DNA from: the human T2T-CHM13v2.0 reference genome, Homo sapiens
Reading direction: 5' to 3' (one strand)
Assembly: GCF_009914755.1 (NCBI RefSeq)
Contig: NC_060939.1
DNA length: 64,000 nucleotides
Part shown: piece by piece, positions 44,837 through 62,599 of the stretch
Layout of the letters: each line of letters opens with the position of its first letter
Numbering within the stretch: position 1 is the stretch's first letter
The notes under the pieces: model-generated
Database searches by the model: none
Told to the model about the DNA's origin: nothing
Seen by the model: the letters and a program-made list of their open reading frames with translations, nothing else
Made by a program: the position numbers and the translations under genes

Positions 44837-47618
44837 TTATGGCCATGGGCATTTGCCACAGACAAATGAAAATGTGTGTCCTTAGAAAAACCTGCGCTTA
44901 AATGTTCCTAGCAACTTTGCAGTAGCTAAAAAATGGAAATAGCCAATCCCACAAAACAGTAAATATTTTATTAGCATCAAAAAATGAATGACTGATACAA
45001 AAGTGTGGATGGATGTCGAGGGCATGATACTCAGTGAAAGACGCCAGTCTCAAAGGTATTAATGCTTTTAGAGCACATTCTTGAAATTACAAAGTTATGG
45101 AGATGAAGATCAGAGTAGTGATTGCCAGAGGTTAAGGATGTGGGGGAAAGAGATGGACACAGCTGTAAAGGAGTAGCGTGGGAGAAATCTTGGTGGTGGT
45201 GGAAGAGTGCTGCATCTTGATTGCAGTGCTAGTTACACTATCTACACACGTGATAAGATGGCATTGAGTTGAGCTGAACGTGCAGATGGTACAGTGTCCA
45301 CGTCCTTGATGTTGTACTACAGCTATACAGGATATAAACACTGGGGGAAACTAGGTTAAGGGTATATGAGACTACCCTGCACAGTTTTTGCTATTTCCTG
45401 TGAATCTATGATTATTTCAAAACAGAATGTTTTTGAGGCTTTCTCGCAGAAGCTTGTTACAAGGCCAATATTTTGATTCCACAGCTTTGTGGCCCCATCC
45501 AGCTGGCTGTTTCAGGGGAAGATTCTGAGCCATTGGAGAGAAGCTCCAGGAAGTCTCCTGGGTCTAGAAAATGTTCTGTGGTGATTGCTTCTGTTAACAG
45601 CAGCTCACAAGCTGAATTCACTCAGAACAAGGGATAGCACAGAAAGCAAGTCTCATTGGGAGGTGAATGGGCAGCTTGCAGAACCAGACCATTTGCACAG
45701 AGAAGCGCATGCCGCTGACACAGCCAGGATGATCTATTTAGCGTCACTAATAAGAGTAGGAGGAAGCTGATAATGAAGAAGGCTCCTCGTAAGTGTCATC
45801 TCTTAAAAAGAGGCAGGTACAACTTTCAGAATCTCGACAGATTAGAGGATTGTACTACTTACTGTGCTAGTAGTGTTGTATATATCCCTTGGTGGAATTC
45901 ACAATGGAACCCTCTGGGAGATCCGAAAGAACAAATTTGCTTGCACACAGGAAAATGTAGCTTGGGCCCTGTATATCAAGGCCTTTTTCCCTTTAGGACC
46001 CTCCTGGTGGTCTGCTTAGGCTTTCAATTCAGAATCCGAGGAATTCTTTGAGCTGTCCCACAGAGGGACCCCTGGCATGGTCTGTAGATTTCTCTGTAGG
46101 TAAACCTACTCTAACCAGCCGCTCCTGGACCCTCACGTGTGGAAGGTGAGCTGAGGGTTGCTGCACCTTACTCTAAGGAACACTGAAGGCCTTGAAATGC
46201 TTTAGGCAGGGAGAGGCATTATGAGGTGTGCACAGCTGTGTGGCGGCGGCACAGAGGCCCCTGTGCAGCCAATGTGGAGGTTTGATTAAGGGGCAGTACT
46301 GAAGGCAGAGACCATGAAAAAGGAAACTGCCAAGTTCTGGCAGGGTGCCGTGTCCACAGGGATGGAGAGGAGAAAAAACACTGACATACAAATTGGCAAA
46401 ACGGGCAAGACCTGACAACCGATCAAATCAGAGAGAAAAAGGGACCCAGGCTTCCAGCCCCGGCAGCTAGGGGCAGGAGTGCAAGAATGATGTATCCTTT
46501 CAAGTATCATGACCATCGGGGTGAATTGCTGAGTTCTGGGGGTGCCTATAACTCTGAGGGCAAATCAATAATATAGGCTACATGCCCAGTAAAATGGATA
46601 TTACTGCGGCCACAGGGCCCCGGCCCCTTAATCTTGAAAGTCCTCTGTCAATTGCAGCCACAATCCTTAACTCTCGTTTGCTGACAAGGTTGATTCACTG
46701 GTGGCTTTGAGAAACAACCGGTCCTTTTCTCTGTTGCTCTCAGGAGTAATGTCTTTGAGTAAAATTATTCCAAAATTCAGATCATCTTCTTAAGACAAAT
46801 ATCCTAAAATATTAACTTGCTTATAGTTGAACACTCGACATAGGAGCACATTGAATTTCATCACTTTGAGAACTATAGTTTTTCTTCACTAGAAATCATA
46901 TATTTTACTGAGGTCATTTATGGCTTTGGAGAGTGTGCTAGCACCTAGTTTTAAAATTTTCAGGCACAGAGTGCAATGACTTCTCTACAGCCCATAATGG
47001 TGGATGCTGAGTCTTTCATTTTCTGTGTGTTGAAACAAACTACAAGTTGTTTTCTGAGGAAGCCTGTGGTTTTTTCAGCAGAAACTCACTGTACTCCCTT
47101 GACACTGTAGGTTTATATTGGGGAGGGGGGCCTGCTCACACCCTGATAAATTTCCCATATGTTCATGAACAGCTTTCTCTATGAAGAAGTCTTTGCCTTC
47201 TCTGTGGATTGTTCTCATTCAACATATTCCCAAATGAAGAATTTCTAGGTAAAATAGTATTACCATGTTAAAGCCTTTTGAAGACAGAGTTGGCTGCATT
47301 GATTTCCAGGCAAATTGTAATAACTTATACTTTCACTGGTTGTGTATAATGGTTCCAGTTTCATAACAATATCATTGACATTGGACATTACATGGGGTTT
47401 TAGTTTATTCTATGACAATTTAATAAATGAAAACTGGAATACAGATTTAATATTTCTATCTTTATTAGTGAGGTGTAACAGTTTCAACAGTTATTTGCCA
47501 TTTTTTTCCTGTGATACATTTTGCCTATTACTAGGTTTGGGCTTTTTGCTCAATTTTATAGTAAAAGAGATTTGTGTTACATTTTCTACATTTTCTACAT
47601 TTTAGCACTTTCAAATAA

Positions 47619-47972
<354 letters not shown>

Positions 47973-49009
47973 AGTTCCCGCTGTTTTTTAACCTGTATTT
48001 TTCTATATTCCTGGTCTTTGTTTTCTGCTTTTCACTGTCATGTTAGCTGCACTTTCTTAAACTTTTCAGTTGAATATCTAACTAGTTTACTCATTGGTAA
48101 TGAACACATTTTTCATTGTTGCAATTTATATCTCATTACAATATAAACAAATTTAGGCTTTAAGTCCTTGGCATTACTTAAAGAAGGCCATTAGATATAT
48201 GTCACGTGTGAGAGTGAGGTTTGCAGCTGGGAAGTAAGCCTCTCTACCATGGAGCAGAGCCAGCCCCCACCTTAAGTATGGCACCAAAGTCCCATGATGG
48301 GACAAAGTCCCAAATTTGGAACAAAGTCCCAAATTTTGTTCCACAAAGAGCATCTTGCTCAGGCACGCCATGAGTTAATGGTCTGGAGAAAACTTTATAA
48401 GCAATCATAAATAAACTAAACACAAACAAGAAATACTAGACCAATATGCCACTTTACTGGCCCAGCAAAACCTCCTTTGGGGACAGTTCTCAGCTGGGGC
48501 ATTGCTGTCTCCTTCAATGGACATTTGCTGTTGTTGTAAAAATAAGTAAACATTGCTTGCGGACAAATGCGCAGGACTCTCTGACCCAAGGAGTTTATAG
48601 GAAACTGCCTCCCAGTTTTTGGACTACCTGACCACTTAGACAACTTGAGAAAGAGCTCCTGCGGCCTGGCAGGTCCTGGGGCGGGGATCATCGTCCTGGA
48701 AAGCTCAGTTCTGCGGGTGCTAGGAGTAGAGTCTGCATCTTGTGGGCTCCTCTCCTAGTCAGCTTCCTAAGTGGCAGCGCTGCAGGACCAAGGATAGAAA
48801 TTGTTGAGTGAAGAGCGGATTGGACTTGAAAACAGATGCTACCTTGGCCTATAAGAGAAAAGAAGGAATCTCTGGGCACAGATATAGATAAAATTATGAG
48901 CAAAAGTGGTGAAGCAAGGAGTAGCTGCAATCCAAGTATATACATGGTTGTGAAGTTAAGCACTGTGGGAGGGGCTGTTGCTGCGGCAGCTGCGGTGGCA
49001 CCTCTAATC

Positions 49010-49027
49010 TGCCGCTAGGTGGCAGGA
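49010..49027 (+). promoter_or_regulatory. CTCF motif downstream of MAGEL2
   Basis: TGCCGCTAGGTGGCAGG matches the CCNCNAGRKGGCR core. Confidence 0.65.
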
Positions 49028-49944
49028 GAATTCCACCATCGCCACTAACCGCATCTGGGACTTTGGCTTCACCCTAGAAGCGGGATATGGGATTGGATTT
49101 CTTCCTTCTGATAAGACAGTATGCGGTGGCAAGTAGGGCTGATGGTCCCCTGTCCACAGGAAGAGAGTATGACCACAAGAACGTCCTTTTGTGTACACCA
49201 GCCTGGTGTGTGCTTGAATATCCTTCCTCAAAACACTCAGGCCAGTTCATTCCCTTGTCCCTTTCCTGCCTAGACCAGGTTCATAGCCAAGGGCTGACCG
49301 CGGTTGTTCAGCAACTTCAGGCGTTGCCGGCTGCCTTCCCCTACAAGTTAGAATGACCCTTCCCCCCAGGACCTTCCCCTAGAACTCTATGTTGATAGGA
49401 ATGCACCCTGCCACGCCCTCCCCTAACCCAGCCACTACTGCTGGCAATCTGCAGGGTTTCTAATTAAATGAAGACTGTTTTTTCCTTTTCCCTGTTATAA
49501 GCCTGGATATCCTGCAGGGAGCACGTTTCCATCCCGGTAGCAGTGTGTTGATGAAACCCAAATTTGAACTGCTGGACACCCCGCCACGGGCCACATGATT
49601 GACAAATACCCTTTTGGCCAAATTCTCCATGAAGCGGGACCACCTGGTTATTTGTAGTCCTGCAGGCAGATGGCCCTTCTTCTCCACATACCCTTAAGGA
49701 CATTTCTGCTTCTAATAACAACGTTACCAGCTGGGCACTAACGTGTGTGCTTTAATTAATCTCCTGGAGAAATCTTATGTATAACCACCCACTGAAATCA
49801 CTGCATCCTTATAAAGATGAATGGAGTACTCTCCTTGGAAAACAATTCCATCACCGTGGTTTTTACTATAACTGAGAGTAGTCTTGCTATTCATGTCTAT
49901 TCAGAGAATACGGCAAAACTTGGCTTCCACCATCTAGTGTAAAA

Positions 49945-49991
49945 ATTAGAATAAAGACAAACACTTCTGTTATGCTGAAAGTATATTTATA
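49945..49991 (-). terminator. Probable MAGEL2 polyadenylation region (variant TATAAA hexamer plus downstream GT-rich element)
   Basis: No AATAAA seen in the 3'UTR; minus-strand TATAAA at 49986-49991 followed by GTGTTTGTCTTTT. Confidence 0.55.
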
Positions 49992-50413
49992 TATATAGAT
50001 ATAGATATTTACTTCTCTGTAGACAGTTTTTACTGATGAGTCATTTGAACGTTCAAAGAACAACCGATTACAATGCTACATGAACTATACCAGAAATGAG
50101 ATGGATAGCTTCTCAATTCATTTCACAAAGCCAGCACAAAGCTGATACCAAAACATAACAATTAAAACACAAAACAGAGAACCACAGATCTCACTTAAAA
50201 ACACAGATGCCAAAATACAGAACAGAACAGTAGCCGATTGAAATCAACACCACATAAAAAATGTACAAAGCTTTGGCAGATACGAAACCAAGTTGAAAAT
50301 CCAAACGTACACTCGTGGAACTGGAACACAAACACCAGGAACAAAAATGTCCCCCCACCCTGTCAGTGGCCTCTGGCCAGGGAAACACAGGAGCGAGATC
50401 TCTGCTACACCTA

Positions 50414-54238
<3,825 letters not shown>

Positions 54239-54279
54239 CTACGTGGCTGTTCAGAGGCTCCCTCCCTGCTGAATGCTGA

Positions 54280-54420
54280 ATAGGAAGTGAGTGCTGCTCG
54301 CTCCGCAGCTTTCCGCAGTAAGGAGGAGGGGGGAAGGGGGCTCAATCCCGCCCCTTCCCCGCCCCCGACCACCACAAGTGGATATTGCATAGGGGCGTCT
54401 ACCGGAGTCCTGGCTGACAC
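54280..54420 (-). promoter_or_regulatory. MAGEL2 proximal promoter (TATA-less, GC boxes)
   Basis: Two GGGGCGGG boxes on minus strand in 54347-54366 and a CpG cluster 120-250 bp upstream of the ATG; exact TSS not determinable from sequence. Confidence 0.7.
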
Positions 54421-54489
54421 AGGATCCCTTCTCACTCTGTCCAGTCCCCAAATGCAGACCAGTCAGACTCCACATGGATGACTTTTCAC

Positions 54490-55000
54490 AGGGGAGTGAC
54501 AGGAACCCATCCATGTTTTAGAAAAATCACTGTACTGCAGTGTGGAGTGGGAGCAGACCACTGGAAACATGGAAGGTATCCAAGACGGCGGGGGGAGATG
54601 GTGTGGTCTGGGCTAAGATGTGAGGCGGAGAATGAAAAAAGCGCATTTACATAAGAGAGTTCCAGGAGTTATAGCAGACAGATACCTGTATTATAATTGA
54701 ATAAAGGAGTCAAAGACATGGAAAAGGCACACAAGTCCCTGCCTGGAGAAAGTGGGAAGTTGCAGGGACTGTTACTCTCTTAGGGTCCCAGGAGAGGCAC
54801 ACGGGAAGAGAGGCTGATGAGTATTGGCAGACACAGGGCATTTGCGGTGCTGTGGGACTGCCAAGGAGAGATACCCTGTAGGCACTCCTGTATGATGTCT
54901 TGGGAGTCCTGCTTGGCTATTCCTCATGAAAATAGAGTTGTGGGAGGGAATGTGGTTGCACTAGGTCTTGAAGAACACAGGCATGTTAGAGACACATGGA
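54490..55000 (-). mobile_element. Ancient L2-like fragment upstream of the MAGEL2 promoter
   Basis: TTTAGAAAAATCACTGTACTGCAGTGTGGAG and purine-rich L2-like pattern. Confidence 0.45.
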
Positions 55001-55522
55001 GAAAAGGGACAGCAGCGAGTAGAGAGAGAGGAAAAGAAGTCACGGAACTGAGACATGCCACACATCAGTGGAAGACAGCATTTTTAGTATGGGAAAACTG
55101 CCTGTGGAATGGCTCGGATGCAGGAACAGAGTAGGTTTCTCAGTATTTTTCATCTGCAGAATGGGAAAGAAATTTAAAAAATGAAAACCAAATAACGCAC
55201 CTGAAGATAACAAAATGGGTATATAAATAGATCAAAAATTGATATATTTGGATATATAGGAAAAACAGGCAAAGAATAAAAAAATTTCTGGGGAAACTTC
55301 TCGTGACAAAAATCAGTTTAAATATGAGACAAATCAAGTATTAACAGATAAAGCAGATGACAATAGTATTATTGGGCAATGCTATACAACTTTATGGTGA
55401 GAGGAAGTGATAATCTCAGTAATTGAAAAGCTTTCTGGAAATATACAAAGCACTAAATATCAAGGATGTTTCGTTTAAATAGGCTGTTGGCAGCCTACGG
55501 CAGGAGTCCAGAGTGACAAAAC

Positions 55523-55540
55523 GTGCCACCAGGGGGCAGA
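55523..55540 (+). promoter_or_regulatory. CTCF motif upstream of MAGEL2
   Basis: GTGCCACCAGGGGGCAGA, near-perfect consensus. Confidence 0.75.
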
Positions 55541-55781
55541 TGAGGACGATGAAGGGTACACCCCACTCCTTCCCAGGTACCCTTAGCCAGGGGTCCTCAA
55601 ATTTGGTAATTTATGGACCCAAGAGAAGGTATGTACACACTCCCAATGTTATTATTGCCTTAAACAATAATAGAAGAATTTGGGGGTAAAGTTTCAGTGA
55701 TTTTCTGGACACTTAAGGGATGTTGTTATTCCCAGGAAACTCTTTTCAAAACAGTCAGATTTTTAAGGGTGCTTGATGATA

Positions 55782-56172
55782 CAGTAGCCTCCCCCACCTT
55801 ACCTGCAGGGGATACATTCCAAAACTCTCGATGCCCGAACCTGGAGACAGCACCAAACCTTATATATACCATGTATCCCTTTCATTCTCCTTCTTCACAA
55901 TTTCACAGATAGTTTTGTTTTTGCCATATATCTTAGCAATCTCAGCATGCGATTTTTTCTTTCCTTATTAAGTCAAGAACTTTCACCTTTTTCCTTCAAG
56001 GAAGCACTTCATAGCTTCTGTTTGGCATACCTAAATTGCCAGGATCACTATTCTTACATTTTGGGGCTATTACTAAGTAAAACAAGGGTTCCTTGAACAC
56101 AAACACTGGGAAACCGATGGTAGATCTGATATCTGAAGCAGCTACTAAGTGGTTAATGAGCAGGTAGCGAAT
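55782..56172 (-). mobile_element. MER44B/C (Tigger7 derivative), partial
   Basis: TIR CAGTAGCCTCCCCC; minus ORF IAPKCKNSDPGNLGMPNRSYEVLP resembles Tigger7 transposase start. Confidence 0.75.
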
Positions 56173-56173
56173 A

Positions 56174-56526
56174 CAGTAGCACTCCTGTGCCTGCAGTTTC
56201 ACATTGTGTGGTTTCAGTTACCTGCAATCAAATGCAGTCCGAAAAATTAAATGGAAATTTCCAGAAATAATTTATAAGCTTTAGATTGCATGCCATTCTG
56301 AGTAGTATTATGAAATTGTTCTGTTTCGTCCTGCCTGGGGCATGAATTATCCCTTTGTCTAGTGTATCCATGCTGTATATGCTACCCGCCTGTTATTCAC
56401 TTAGTAGCTGTCTCGGCTATCAGTTGAAAACATCGTAGTACATATAGGATTCAGTACTATTTCCAGTTTCAGGCCTCCACAGGGGGGTCTCAGAATATAT
56501 CCCCCAAGGATAAGGGTGGACTACTG
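56174..56526 (+). mobile_element. MER44A (Tigger7 MITE)
   Basis: CAGTAG...GGATAAGGGTGGACTACTG terminal inverted repeats. Confidence 0.8.
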
Positions 56527-58121
56527 GACATCACTCCTGTGTATCCCCAGAGAAGGCCATCTACCACAGCACACAAAAAGCTTCTGCAGAATGGATACTA
56601 CCGTGTTTCATGGTTTTCGTTTCTCCCTTGGGTTAATGGCCCAGATCCACACAGGATTTCTCAGTTTCATGGGGGTTTGGAAACACTGTAGAAGGACAAA
56701 CTCTAAATGCCTAACCCTCAGGACCTGCTATTATCAACTCTGCTACATGGCTGTTACTGGCTATGGATGGCTTTGGAAAAATCAGTTTATTTTTTAGCCT
56801 AGGGCATTTCTAAAGCATACTTTTTTTCCACTCTAATGCAAATGTATAAACTACACAGAGATTAAGTTCTCCCACTAACCGTTTATTTTCGGGAATTATG
56901 ACAGGTTTATCCTGCCGTCCACCATGCTGTTGGTCATCCCACACAATGAATGGCTCCCACTAGGGTCTGGCTATTCTCACTGATGTTGGAGGTCAGTGAA
57001 TAGCACTGACATACAGTGTCAACTCCCACCGAATCTGTTCTATGAAAAGAGGTCCGGTTTATGTTAAGAGGCAACACCAAAGCCAGAAAGAAAAGATTAG
57101 GTATTATACAAAGGAAAAAACAGGTGCGTAGGAGTAGTTAGAAATGGAAGATGAATAACTTCTACACCAGCACTATTGCCACTGCTTGGAAACATTCTTT
57201 AACCGGCAGGGAAAAATCAGAGATTATGTATCCATTGATTCTATAGGAACAAGTAAAGAGGGTAAACCCAGTTTATTCTCCCTGGAAGAAACATCTGCTT
57301 ATTTCAGATAGTCAGTGCTCTCAGACCCAGGCTGTTCCTGGGGCTCTCCCTAGCTATTTACAAATTACTTGTGAGCAAAATTCACCTGAGGAAACAGGGA
57401 CATACGGGTCGTTTTTGAAAACTGACTGCCTTAATCACAGCAAAACATAATATTGCCCTGAGTCTAGTGAGGCATTAGACCACAAGTGTTGGGTCTTCCC
57501 AAATCACTCCTGTGAAACCTTCCTGCTTCCTGAAGCCCTCTTTCCCTTTCTGTGCATATGTTCTTCCTCCTCAACACCTTTGAACCAAGTGTTGTCAAAA
57601 TTCCCTTTCCTCACTTTTATATGAAACAGCTTGAAAATTCAAGGTGAGTAGAAAACAAAAGGGAAAAACATACAAAACATCCATGAAATGTTGGCCTCTG
57701 TTCCCTAATTAGAAAGGACTTTTAATGGCTTACGTCAGTATATAACAGCAGTATACAAAATGATTTTTAAAAACAGGGAAGGGAGAACTGAAGTATTGTG
57801 ATGGGAGTAGGAAAATTGCGGAACTAGGAGCAGACGGGAGCCTGTTTTGCTCACCTTGGTATCCCCAGCTCGCATTGAGTGGTCACTAAGGAGCTACAAA
57901 ATGAAATGGTAAGATTAGCACCAGAACTGCCTGTCTTCCAATCTTCTGTAGCTGTTAGACTTTGTGTAAATATTCATAAGTGAGTAACAAAATCAGTTAT
58001 GATTTTCATAAACTCTAAAATTACTTATTTATGAAATACCTTTTATTAAGCATTCACTATATGCCCAGCACTGTGCTATAGATAAGACTACAGAGAAAAA
58101 TCTGATGCAAGTCCTATTTAC

Positions 58122-58214
58122 ATCTATTGTTAGTCACATAGGGACATTAATCTAATCTATCGTTAGTCACATAGGGACATTTCACGAATCTATTGTTAGT
58201 CATATAGGGATATT
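58122..58214. repeat. 33-bp period minisatellite, 3 copies
   Basis: ATCTATTGTTAGTCACATAGGGACATT-like units at 58122, 58155, 58188. Confidence 0.9.
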
Positions 58215-58697
58215 CATATGGTTTTTTAGTACAATAAGGTGTTGTTGTTGCATTGTTTAAACCTCATATTGGTCATAGAGGATGAAAATAATCAAATACT
58301 CACTTCTGCTTGGAACATGGGGTGAGGGGAGCTGTGATGCTGATTGTAGCAGTGAAAAGAAAGAAAACAAACCTGAGGCTGTGAAAGATTCATGTGATCC
58401 AGATAGACAGTCTAAGTAGAAAAATTATTTAAAAAGCATAGGAGATATCATAAGTATGAGGTTTGAAAACAAAGAATTGGAAGGATTAAAATAGTGTAAC
58501 TACTAGTTATCAACAATTTATTATTTGATAAAATACCATCCTCAGAGTATAATAGACTCTATTCATTGATTTCTCACAAAATCCATAAGTATTTGGCTTG
58601 ATTTTACATGGCAAGAATTTGAGGCTCAGAAGATCTAGCAATACATATCAGAATTCAGATTTAAATCCCAATCTATTCGTTGTGAGAGCTTGCATTC

Positions 58698-59061
<364 letters not shown>

Positions 59062-61154
59062 TAGATATAATTAACATGCAACAACATGCACAGATCTAAA
59101 GTATTCAATTTAATGAGCTTTGCCACTGAGTAATTAACACTCAAAACAATATAAATAATAGTTTTATTATCAAAGAAAATTACTGTGCACCCTTTTCCAG
59201 TCAATTATTCTATCTCCAAAAACATACACTTCCTTATTTCTCTCACCCTAGATTATTTTGCCTGTTCTAAAAATTCATAAAATGGAATCAGCATAGGAGG
59301 GAGGGAGGGAGGGAGAGAGAAAGACACACAGATAGAGGTCAATATTCCTTTGTTCAACATTTTTTAATGTAAATATGTTGCAAGTATTGGAAGTTTGCTA
59401 TTTTCTATGCTGAAAAGTATTCCATTGTATTTATAACTCCATAATTTATCTGTTACCTGTTGGCATGTGAGACATTTAAAATCTGATGCTATTATGAGAA
59501 AAAGGCTGCATTACAAATTATTTTACAAGCCTTTTGTAAATATATGCTTCCATTTATCTTGGGTAAATGCCTGGGAGTTGAATGTCTGGGTCATAGGATA
59601 GACGGCTGTTTATAAGAAACTGTAAGAGTTCTCCATAGTTGGGTTAGACCATTTTACACTCTAACATAAGAATAATGTTAAGAATTAAGAATGCATACGA
59701 ATTCCAGGTACTTGACAACCTTGCAAAATTTTGTAGTGTCAGTCTTTTTTGATTTTTGTTATTCAACTGGATGTGAAATGGTGATTGCAGTTTTACACTG
59801 CAATTAGCAAATATGAGGGTTCCAATGGATCCACATCATTGCAAAATTGATACAGTCAGTCAGCCATTTTTATTTTAGGCATTTCAGTATTTTAGGCAGT
59901 TCAGTAAATGAGAAATGGTATGTCATTTATTGTGAGTTTTGTTTGTGTCTTTTCTTTTTAATTAATGGATTATTTTTTAAAGCAGTTGTAGGTTTGCAGA
60001 AAAAATGAGAGGCAAGTACAGAGACTTCTCATGTATCCCCTCTCCTCTCCCACCATCCCTGTCCCCCTACCCCTGGCAATGCCCCTTATTTTTAATGTCT
60101 TGCGTTAGAGCGGTATATTTGTTACAGTCAACGAGCCAATATCATTAATTGAACTCCCTAGTTTACATTAGTATTCACTCTTTATGTATACATTTTATGG
60201 GTTTTCACACAATTGTGTGATAAATGGGTTATCACAATTGTGTGATAACAGATTTCTGTGTCCACCATTGCATTATTATATAGAAGAATTTTACTGCCCT
60301 AAAAAACCTGTGCTTTCTCCTACCAAACCCCTGGCAAATTTTGATTTTTTTTACCTTCTCCATAGTTGTGCCTTTTCCAGAATATCATATGTAGTGGGAA
60401 TCATAAAATGTGTAGCCTTCCAGATTGGCTTCTTTCACTTAGCAATACACATTTAATATTCCTAATTTTGTGGCCTGGTAACTCATGTTTTTCTTCTTAT
60501 CAAATAGACCTTATTTTGTAGAGCAGTTTTTGGTTCACAGCAGAATTAAGCCAAAACTACAGCAAGTTTCCATACACCCCTTGGTTCCCCCAGCACACAC
60601 ACGATCTGCCCCAATGTCAACGTCCTCCAGCAAAATTGTATGCTTCTCACAGCTGATGAACATCAATTGACATGTCATTATCACCCAAAGTCTGGAGTTC
60701 ACATTAAGTTTCCTCTTGGTATTGTACATTCTGTGTTTTGACAAATGTCTAATGTAATACATCCACCATTATAGTATAACACGGGATAGTTTCCTAGCTC
60801 CCAAATCCTCCATGTTCTACCTATTCATCCCCTCCCCTCCCCTGCAGATACCTGGCAACCACTGATCTTTGTGCTGTCTCCATAGTTTTATCTTTTCTGG
60901 AATGTAAACTAGTTGGACACATATAGTATGTATCCTTTTCAGACTGGCTTCTTTCACTTAATAACATGCATTTTAGTTAACTTCCATATATTTTTATAGC
61001 TTAATAGCTCATTTCTTTTCAATGCTCAATAATATTCCATTGTCTGGATGTACCGAAGTTTATTTACCCATTCACCTGATGAAGGACACCCTGGTTGCTG
61101 CCAAGATTTGTCCATTACGAACAAACCTGTTATAAACATCCATGTGCAGGTTAC

Positions 61155-61452
61155 TTTTTTTTTTTTTTTTGAGATGGGGTCTCGCTCTGTCACCCAGGCC
61201 GGAGTGCAGTGGCACGATCTTGGCTCACTGCAAGCTCTGCCTCCCGGGTTCACACCATTCTCTTCCCTCGGCCTCCAGAGTAGCTAGGACTACAGACAAC
61301 CACCACCATACCCGGCTAATTTTTTTGTATTTATATTAGAGATGGGGTTTCACCGTGTTAGCCAGGATGGTCTCGATCTCCTGACCTCGTGATCCGCCTG
61401 CCTCAGCCTCCCAAAGTGCTGGATTACAGGCATGAGCTACCTTGCGCCTGGC
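61155..61452 (-). mobile_element. AluY-like, no visible TSD
   Basis: GCAAGCTCTGCC, GTGTTAGCCAGGATGG. Confidence 0.9.
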
Positions 61453-61589
61453 CTATTCTGTACATTTTTCTAGTTTCTTTTTATTTTATTCCTGTTTTTT
61501 GCATTCTTAATGTATAAGCTTATGTCATTGATTTTAAATATATTCTCTTTTGTAGTACAGATATTTAAAGCTATAAAGTTATCTCTTAG

Positions 61590-61945
<356 letters not shown>

Positions 61946-62599
61946 AGTTATTTCAAAATATAATTTTTACTGTGATTTCTTCTTTGACTCATGGGCTGTT
62001 TTTATTTTTTGGTTTAATTTCCAAACATTAGGATATTTTATACAAATTTTAATAATATTAATTATGAATATAATACCATTATGATAAGAGTATGCCCGAT
62101 TCGGCTTGAATAATTTTTATATTAGAACCTGGTTTAATGCCCAGCATTGAGTCTGTTTAAAATATTCTGTGAGCACTTGAAAAGAAAATGCATTCTGCTG
62201 TAGTGAGATATATCTATAAATGTCGCCTAGGTCTAGTTGGTTGAACATACTGTTCACATCTTCAGTATGTTTACTGATTTTTAAAATCTGGTCCTTCTAT
62301 CAATCACTCAAAGAAGTATGTTAACATTTCCAAACACAGTTGTAGACTTATCTATTTTCCCTCCTTAGTTTGGCAATTTAACTTAGTGTTATCTCTTTTA
62401 TTAGGTCATACACATTACATGTGTGACTATGTCTTTTTAGTGAATTGGTTCTTCATTCTCACAAAATATCTCCCTTAGTTCTGCTCATACTCCTTCTTTT
62501 GAAGTCTACTTTGTCTAATACTAGCAGAGCCACCCCAGCTTTCTTAAGCTTTGTAATTATGTCCTCTGTTTATTTGCATCCTTTTAACTATCAACCTGC

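Noticed and set aside
49545-49640. TGATGA box C-like word suggesting a snoRNA (the PWS region hosts SNORD clusters)
   Set aside because: No matching CTGA box D or terminal stem at a suitable distance
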